Shown here: in pieces, positions 54,972 through 64,000 of the stretch
How positions within the stretch are numbered: the first letter of the stretch is position 1
Layout: every line of letters begins with the position of its first letter
Translations under genes and position numbers: made by a program
The notes under the pieces: generated by a model
The model's database searches: none
The model's input: only the letters and a program-made list of their open reading frames with translations
What the model was told of the DNA's origin: nothing
Assembly (NCBI GenBank): GCA_951406725.2
Contig: OX597820.1
Location: 12,648,001-12,712,000, forward strand
Direction of reading: 5' to 3'
DNA from: Octopus vulgaris
Lineage: Eukaryota
DNA: 64,000 bases

Positions 54972-55732
54972 CTTCCTGAGTGTAATATTTTCTAGAATGT
55001 GTTCTGCGATTTTAGTATTTCCTTTTATTGACTCCAGCAAGATTTGAACTCACATCATAAAGTATTGGGACAATTAATGCAATGAATATTTCTGGCGCTC
55101 TAGCGAATCTATCAGGTCACTGCCTTAAAAACATGCGCCATTAATATGATTAAATAAATTCATGTGACATTTTCGAATAATAATTTTAAGTTTATGCGTT
55201 GTCATTGATTTACAATACACCGATTCTCTACATTGAGGAATTAAAACTGAATTTTCCCACAAGAAAGGTGTTGTTGTTTTTTATACGCATGTTTTAGTTC
55301 TTCCGATTCATCATTTCCGTGTTAGAAAGTTGTTTATTTGCATATATTCTAAGAAATATAAAATTAATAATCCGTTGTATGCAACGAAAGTAAGATTGAA
55401 TTAAAATAGACGTCTATATATATCATTGTCAATGCTAATGCAACATGAAAAAGCAATCTACCTGCCGTATTCATCAGGAGATGGTATTTGTTATGGACGT
55501 ACTGCGTTTAATAACAAAATATATATCGGTAGCAGACGAAAATCACCCAGAAGCTGTGATGATAAAACTACATATAGGTTTCAGCTTCCTTGAGGATTGT
55601 CAATCGCAGTACTCACTGACCACCGAATGCTGGGACACAATTTATATTTACATCATACACGTTATAGAAATGATCGTAGAAGTAGTAACACCTAGTCACT
55701 TGCCATTTGCTTTGGGCGGTCACACATGAAGT

Positions 55733-55842
<110 letters not shown>

Positions 55843-56452
55843 CGCCGGTATGAAGTTTAGCTGCAGTAGTAACGCTGGAGGAAATGAGGGAAGGGAGTTG
55901 CTTTCTTTGTTGCTTCGAACTACTTCGCTTGCTTTGTTATTTCTCTTTTTTTTATGACATTGTTTACCACCACTACAATGGCGATGATGGTGGGGGAGGC
56001 AGGAAGGTGGTTTCTCCTTTGTCTGTTGTTATCAATATTATTACTGCCGACGTTGTTGTGATAAACACCACGACGTGTGGGAGAACTTGGCGGACTGTTT
56101 TACTTATTTGGAATGTTGTTGTTGTTATGCTTGCAACTGCTGCTGCCGCCATTCGTGATTCCACTCATCGCAGTTGCAGTGAGGCATATTTTAGCATTTG
56201 AAGTTTGTGGAGCGGGAAAAATCCATTGATCAATTAATCCCTCTTCTTTCAAACTTGATCGCTCCACTTTCCAGCTGGCTGGTTGTTAAAGACGTCTGCA
56301 TTTTAAAATTTATTTAAATACTTCAACCCCCCACCCCAAAAAAAAAACAGATTTCTGTTCGAATTTTCCCCCCGACAGGTCAAACGTATAAAGCACTTAA
56401 GCAGACCCGGTCCTTGGTTACTAACAAAATATAAATAACAGTTACTAACACA

Positions 56453-56500
<48 letters not shown>

Positions 56501-56636
56501 ATAATAAATATTAGGGAATAAATCCAAATTTACAGGGAAAAAAATCAGATTTAGGAATAAATCCAATTTTATAGTAAAATATTATATAATATTAATATTA
56601 ATTATTTTGCAAAATAGTGGTTTTGTCTCTAATTAA

Positions 56637-56700
<64 letters not shown>

Positions 56701-56774
56701 ACCCTTTACGGATTCTCTTTTGGACATTTACCCTCCGGCTGCACCTCTCCTACCTACGGATCACTGTGGACTCT

Positions 56775-56888
<114 letters not shown>

Positions 56889-57094
56889 CATGAAACGTAG
56901 TGTGAAATTAATCATATTTTTTTAATAATTTGTTATATATTTAGATAATATAAATTAATAATCTTATGTATTGGCTTAAGTTTTTCATTGTTTGATTTGC
57001 CTAACAGTGGTTTTGTCTCTAATTTAATATAATATATATATGGATTACACATTGTGGTGAAAGTGTACCTTGGACATACAACAAAATACACATT

Positions 57095-57322
57095 ATCAAC
57101 AATCCATTCTACTATCGGTGCAAGGGCAGAAAATTTGTGGTTGGGAAGGAGGAGATCGATTACAACAGCTCCAATGTTCAACAAGTACTTATTTTATTGG
57201 CCCCCCCAAAAGGATGAAAGGCAAAGCAGACCTCGGCGGAATTTGAACTCAGAACGAAAAGATGAACGAAACGCCGCTAAGTATTTCGTCTGTGGGACAA
57301 CGATTCTGCTAGCACACCGACT
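57095..57322 (-). mobile_element. SINE family 2 (tail A), degenerate
   Basis: GGATGAAAGGCAAAG.GACCTCGGCGGAATTTGAACTCAGAAC. Confidence 0.75.
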
Positions 57323-57328
57323 TATAAT

Positions 57329-57415
<87 letters not shown>

Positions 57416-57544
57416 CTTGTTTGAATATTACTACGCAACATTCTTCAATCGTTTTTGTTAACCTTCAATATATTTGTTCACCTTGAACACTTTTATCCAT
57501 GTTTAAAAAATATGCGATTACATATTTCTGAAACCATGAATATC

Positions 57545-57613
<69 letters not shown>

Positions 57614-58286
57614 AATAATTTCAATTTCATTAATAGACTCAACACTCAAAATTCATACAGTAGTAGAAGTGATTTGTGATGTGTCTTTTCCATATGTGAA
57701 ATGAAATAGAGACTGAAAATATTGATTTCTTTTGAAACTACTTATAATATCTATGAACGGTAGAAGAAGCAAGAGAAAGACGCATGGAAGGATTGCGGGA
57801 AGAAAGAGAGGTGGAAAGCATTGGCCAAGTAAACACATGCCTTTTATGTTGTTTTCCGCCACTATCGTCTTATACATACGTACAATCGGTATATATGCGG
57901 TTGCTTCTGTCTTATGTGGAAATTTTAGTCGATCGAAATTTAATCAATTATTTGTAGGAATGACAGAATTGGTACAGCTTTGGAAAACATACCTCGAGGT
58001 ATTTTAGGTACAGTAATTTACCTCCTTGGTTCAAATCTCACCGTATTTAAAAATTGTCTTTCCTCCCTCCAGAGTTGATTAGATATATTATTAGCCAAGT
58101 AATGGGGGTTCTCTCAACTGATTGTTTGTGTCCCCTTTAATGTAATCTCTGACCTTCTACCTATGTTAGAAGGAAATATGAGACTTTCTCGGAGATGGCG
58201 AGATGGTGTGAGAGCGGTTGCTATGGCATTGGGGTAGATCCGGCCACCCCCGTTAACGGGGACAAAACCCGGATTTACATCACTGC

Positions 58287-58317
<31 letters not shown>

Positions 58318-58321
<4 letters not shown>

Positions 58322-59185
58322 GCTGACGAGCTAACTGAATCGTTAACGTTCAACAAAATTCTTAGCATTTTTTTTTGTGCTGGTTCTTTACGTTCTTGTT
58401 TCGAATGCTACCCTTACTTTTCATATTTCGGGTCGATAAATAATGTTCCAGTGTAACACTACAGTCGATATCATCGTCAATTACTTCCCCCAAAATGTCA
58501 GCCTTCTACCCTGAGTCGAAACAACTATTAAAGGGATGGTGGTCAGGGTTGAATTGGGGATTGCCAGAATAGTTAGAGCAAATAACAAAGTACATTGAAG
58601 TTCTGCTTCCATGTCTTATTTTCAGAATTCAAATCCTTTTTGAGGCTTGTTTTTTGCGTCTATCCATTAAAATTAAAAGAACCAGTTAAGGACTGGATTT
58701 GACGTAATCTGCTAACCCTTCCCCTCCAAAAATCTGACCTTGTGCCTCAATTAGACGTTAACGACTCTGGATTATCAGAATAATGAGAGCGTCGGAGAAA
58801 TGCATTGTGGGATTTGTTCCGGCTCACTACAGTCCAAGTTTAAACCTTGAAAACTTTAACTTCACCTTTTCTCGGTTCAGTGGTCGATAAACAAAACACC
58901 AGTGAAATACTTGATTGATATTATCACCTGTTTCTTCTCCCTAAATTCCAGGTCTTGTGTCTGCAAGAAATTATTTAAGAGTAGGATGAATTGATAGCTC
59001 ATTAGAGAGTCGGAAAACGTGCCTTGCGGTCTTTCTTTCCGTCCTTACCTTTTAAGCTTAAATCCTGCTATAATCAACTTTCCTTTCGTCCTTTCAGGAT
59101 TTATGAATTGAATTACCAGACGAGTACTAGGGTGGATAGTACCAACTAATCTCGTTCCCTTAAGATTTCTGGTCTTTGCTTTTAA
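58318..59185 (+). mobile_element. Head-to-tail array of ~4 old SINE family 2 (tail A) units
   Basis: Repeated degenerate AGAAT..TTAGAGC / GGTCGATAAA / CCTTGTGCC motifs at ~220-bp spacing. Confidence 0.6.
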
Positions 59186-59602
59186 AATGTATAATTTAGT
59201 TTAATTCCTTCAGCTCGCCTTCTCATGCAGACAACTTTAAAAAAAACAATGTGTCACTCTTCATGATTACCTAAGCCTGAAGGTTTTTACATCTTTGTAA
59301 TGAGACAGAGAGAAAAAGAAGTTAAATATTTGTATTCTATGCATTTTCTTCCTTGTTCTTCGATTTAAAATTAACTTCCTAATCCCACCAAATATAATGA
59401 ACAGATTATTAACACCCTTAAATTAACTAGCTACGAGTGTACAACTCATTATTGCTATTTTTTCCCTCCTTACAAAACTTCTTTCACTCAATACCGTCAT
59501 GGCTTATTCCATTTGAATATTTACCTTGCGTACGTGCATTATTTTGTTTTGCATTTTCTTTTGTACTGAACGTCCTCTTTGCAACTTGTAACAGGATATA
59601 AT

Positions 59603-59890
59603 GTGGAGGGCAGCGGACTCGTGGTCGGAGGATCGCAGTTTCGATTCCCAGACCGGGCGTTGTGTATGTTTATTGAGCGAAAACACCAAAAGCTCCACGA
59701 GGGTTCAGCAGGGGGGGGCGACCCCTGTTATACTCTTTCGCCCCAACTTTCTTTCATTCTTTCTTCCTCTTTCTTGAGTAACGCTGCGATGGACTGGCGT
59801 CCCGTCCAGCTGGGAGGGACACATACGCCACAGAAACCGGAAAACCGGGCCCTTGAGCCTGGCTAGGCTTGAAAAGGGCGCATAAATAAA
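59603..59890 (+). mobile_element. SINE family 3, tail type A
   Basis: Similar to 11086-11388. Confidence 0.82.
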
Positions 59891-61195
59891 TTTTAAAAAA
59901 AACAGGATATAGTAGGATTATATCCTCCTCGTTGCGTATGTATGTTACTAGACCTGGTTTTTTTTTTTGTTTTGATTTTCTGCACAATTATTTTAATTCC
60001 TAAACGGATCTTGTTTCTAACTTCACTTTTCCCATTCTGCATATTATGACTAGCTCTCTTTCGTCCTATCAGAATAATTCCTCCAATTTCTTAGCGATAT
60101 ATCTTATGTTTGCACTAACATTATATTATTAGGCGAAACTTTTCCAGTTGTTCGTGAGAGCAATATTCACGACTACGTGGATGGACATACCTCAGAATTG
60201 ACGGCGAAGAGATATTGCGTGGGAATGAGAGTGAAGGGGGCAAGGCTGTTGAGGAGATGAAGTGGGAGACAAAGGCGAAGATGGACGAGAAAGAGAGAAA
60301 TAGGAAACTACGTACAAAATCAATACAAGACATAGGAAGAAAAAGATTACACTGTAAAATGTATTTAATCCGATTACAAATCCTGATAAAATTACTTGAC
60401 GCTTGAAGTCTTCAGAGAACTTGTGGCTCCCACACAAATATACTTAGGAAAATGCATATAACTACATACATACATACATATAAAGTGAGACCAAGTACTT
60501 TTAGAATATTACATTTAATAATGGTTTCTGGTTTCGGCACGAGGCCATCAGATTTGAAGGGAGGGGACTAGTCGATACCATAGGGGGCGATAGTATCCAT
60601 GAAGCCCCTCCCCTCAAATTTTATTCGTTGATCTCGAAAGGATGAAAGGCAATGTTGAATTTGGAGGGGTTTGTTTTCAGAATGCAAAGAGTCGGAAGAA
60701 ATACGGCGACACTATTCTGCCCACCAACTGCCTGAATAATATTAACAACAACAACAGCAACAACAACAGCAGCAGCAACAACAAAAACAACAACACCGAA
60801 AACATCAACAACGACAAATCACGCAGGACAAAGCACGCCCAGGAGCAACCAAAGAACCACACAGATCCCGTATCATCCAAGGCTCCAGGAATTCTAGGAC
60901 AAGTGATTTTGTCTCTATCCTCCGTAGTTTTCAGGACACATGCGCATAGGTAGTCCATTTACTTGAGACATACCAACCACTTGATTGTTGCAAATAACCT
61001 TACTGAAATAATTTGGCTTAGACATGTAGGATATCAACAAATATTTGATTGATAATTGAATTCCAAAAGAAGCAAATATTCAAGAATTATGAAACAGGTC
61101 AATCGATAATGAAGTCAGCCAGCATGCCTCTGTCGATGAGTAAGAAACTGCAAACTATTTAAGTGGTAAATCATACATTGATATTGTGTTGTTCT

Positions 61196-61759
61196 AAGGC
61201 GGTGGGCTGGCAGAAGCGTTTGCACGCCGCGCGAAATGTTTAGCGGTATTTCGTCTGTATTTACGTTCAGAGTTCAAATTTCGCCGAGGACGACTTTGCT
61301 TTCCATTCTTTCGGGGTCGATAAATTTAGCACCAGTGGCGTACTAGGGTCCATCTAATCAACTGACCCCTCCCCCAAAATTTTAGGCCTTGTGCCTAAAT
61401 TAGAAATGAATATTGGGTTGTTCTAAGGCGGTGAGCTGGCAGAAAAGTTAGCACGCCGGGCGAAATGCTTAGCAGTATTTCGTCTGCCGCTACGCCGAGG
61501 TCGACTTAACCTTTCATCTTTCGGGGTTGATTAAATAAGTAGCAGTTACGCACTGGGGTCGATATAATCGTATTAATCCGTTTGCCTGTCCTTGTTTGTC
61601 CTCTCTGTGTTTAGCCCCTTGTGGGTAGTAAAGAAATAGGTATTTCGTTTTCAGGGTCGATAAATCACGTACCAGTTACTCACTGGGGTTGATGTAATCG
61701 ACTTTATCCCATTGTTTGTCCCCTCTGTGTTTGTCTCCCTGTGGGCAATAAAGAAATAT
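61196..61759 (+). mobile_element. Two adjacent SINE family 2 insertions sharing a triplicated TSD
   Basis: ATATTG(T/G)GTTGTTCT at 61181, 61410 and 61760. Confidence 0.88.
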
Positions 61760-62254
61760 ATATTGTGTTGTTCTTGTTGCAGGTGAAGCTCATGTAAGAT
61801 TGATTGAAGGCTTATGGCCTAGTAGTTAGCAGGTTACAATTTCAAAATCACGGTTTCGATTCACAGACTAGGCTGTATGTTGTGTTCGGGAGTTGAACAC
61901 TTCATTTCACATTGCTCTAGTTTATGCAGCTTTAAATGAATAACGCTACAAATGAATGTCGTTCAAGGGGTTCTTGTGATGTCAGTCACTTACACGTCGT
62001 GGGACCCAGATGACAGGTCCTATAACTCTCTCGGCCTGCAACAGCAGCGTCCAGTGGTTTCACGATGATGATCATGATAATGATTATCATAATGAGAAAG
62101 GGTAGGATAAGCTTGATTGAACCAGCGTAAAATCAGTGTTGTGCTAAATCGTGCCTTTTTACGTTTCAAGAAAAACAACTTTAAATCCAGAGTGTCATAT
62201 ATTTTTTTAAGTCAATAAGGTGTGATTTTAATCATATTTAGATGTTGTAGCTAG

Positions 62255-62403
62255 TGTGGTAAGTAGCTTGCTAACCAACCACATGGTTCCGGGTTCAGTC
62301 CCACTGCGTGGCATCTTGGGCAAGTGTCTTCTGCTATAGCCCCGGGCCGACCAATGCCTTGTGAGTGGATTTGGTAGACGGAAACTGAAAGAAGCCTGTC
62401 GTA

Positions 62404-62466
<63 letters not shown>

Positions 62467-62700
62467 TTGTGTGCGTGTTTGTGTGTGTCTGTGTCTGTCC
62501 CCCTAGCATTGCTTGACAACCGATGCTGGTGTGTTTACGTCCCCATCACTTAGCGGTTCGGCAAAAGAGACCGATAGAATAAGTCCTGGGCTTACAAAGA
62601 ATAAGTCCCGGGGTCAATTTGCTCGACTAAAGGCGGTGCTCCACCATGGCCGCAGTCAAACTGACTGAAACAAGTAAAAGAGTAAAAAAAAAGAGAGTAA
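62255..62700 (+). mobile_element. SINE family 1
   Basis: High identity to 1221-1631. Confidence 0.9.
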
Positions 62701-62989
62701 CCCAATCAACCGTCTAAACCCTCAGTTGTTGCTTCATTGGGAATTAGTATAGTCTGGTAACCTCGTGACAGATCGTTTCCATCTGACAGACTTATGATCT
62801 AGTCCGTTCTAGCTATAATCATCTCAACGTTCTTGTCTGTCAGATTTTGGTCTCCAATGCACCTGCCTTTCCTTAAGACGTTAGACTGTGATGCAGCTGC
62901 TATTTCTCATAGCATTACAAATCTTGTTACAGTTTTCTTGTTGCTGCGGAATCAGGAAAAAGTGTTGTATACGTAGTATTGAAAACAAC

Positions 62990-63336
62990 GCGGTCATAGG
63001 ATCGTGGTTTCGATTCCCAGACCGGGCGTTGTGAGTGTTTATTGAGCGAAAACACCTAAAGCTCCACGAGGCTCCGGCAGGGATGGTGGTGATCCCTGCT
63101 GTACTCTTTCACCACAACTTTCTCTCACTCTTACTTCCTGTTTCTGTTGTACCTGTATTTCAAAGGGCCGGCCTTGTCACTCTCTGTGTCACGCTGAATA
63201 TCCCCGAGAACTGCGTTAAGGGTTCACGTGTCTGTGGAGTGCTCAGCCACTTACACGTTAATTTCACGAGCAGTCTGTTCCGTTGACCGGATCAACCGGA
63301 ACCCTCGTCGTCGTAATCGACGGAGTGCTTCCATCC
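62990..63336 (+). mobile_element. SINE family 3, tail type D (5' truncated)
   Basis: TSD ATTGAAAACAA. Confidence 0.85.
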
Positions 63337-63623
63337 ATTGAAAACAATAGACGGTCATGGGAATTCTGATATGTAAAATTTATTCATTACGATTGTATGT
63401 GTGAATGTGAGTGTGTGCGCGTGGGGAGTGAATGTGTGTGCGTATGAGGTTGTTTCTTTCAATTAACATCTGGGGTTAATAAGGTAAGTGTCAGGTTAAT
63501 CGGAAACACTCTGGAGTAGCGCGATATCTTTATAATAATTTTGTTTGATATTCCACGAATTTACTACCCATTACCTATCACATTATTGAATAAACGATTT
63601 TGTTTTCCTAAGAGTATAAGCGA

Positions 63624-63780
63624 AGGAGTGGATGTGTGGTAACTAGCTTGCTTACCAACCACATGGTTCTGGGTTCAGTCCCACTGCGTGGCACCTTGGG
63701 CAAGTGTCTTCTACTATAGCCTCAGGCCAACCAAAGCCTTGTGAGTGGTTTTGGTAGACGGAAACTGATAGAAGCCCGTC

Positions 63781-63819
<39 letters not shown>

Positions 63820-64000
63820 CATATACATATGTATACATACATACATATACATATGTATGTATGTATGTATGTATTATGTATGTGTGTATGTTTGTGTGTA
63901 TGTGTTAGTTCCTCCAACATCGCTTGACAACCGATGCTGGCGTGTCTACGTCCCCGTAACTTAGCGCTTTGTCGTAAGAGACTGATAAGAATAAGTACTA
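63624..64000 (+). mobile_element. SINE family 1 (runs off the window end)
   Basis: Family head and internal microsatellite. Confidence 0.9.

Noticed and set aside
60642-60953. Poly-N/Q ORF
   Set aside because: Starts in a degenerate SINE and runs through (AAC)n; no domain evidence.

Overview
AT-rich, repeat-dense eukaryotic DNA, intergenic or intronic. The SINE families and the very high (TA)n/(TG)n/(TATG)n content suggest an octopus (coleoid cephalopod) genome; this is inference, not a database result. I found no intact protein-coding gene, and most listed ORFs are microsatellite or SINE artefacts. The window holds three tRNA-derived SINE families, fragments of CR1-, RTE-, Tx1/L1- and Penelope-type retroelements, a decayed full-length mariner, a second mariner fragment, MITEs and non-autonomous Helitrons. 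Four observations stand out. (1) Several mutually dissimilar small elements in or next to (TA)n tracts carry type-I hammerhead ribozyme folds with palindromic stem III, including a 503-bp retrozyme-like unit with terminal redundancy. (2) A TSD-bounded retroelement encodes only an ORF1 (HAL1-like) and shares its 3' tail with the commonest SINE. (3) Two SINE copies sit exactly at the junctions of large duplications, one direct (~230 bp) and one inverted (~1.1 kb). (4) One SINE family appears to re-insert into itself at a fixed internal site.
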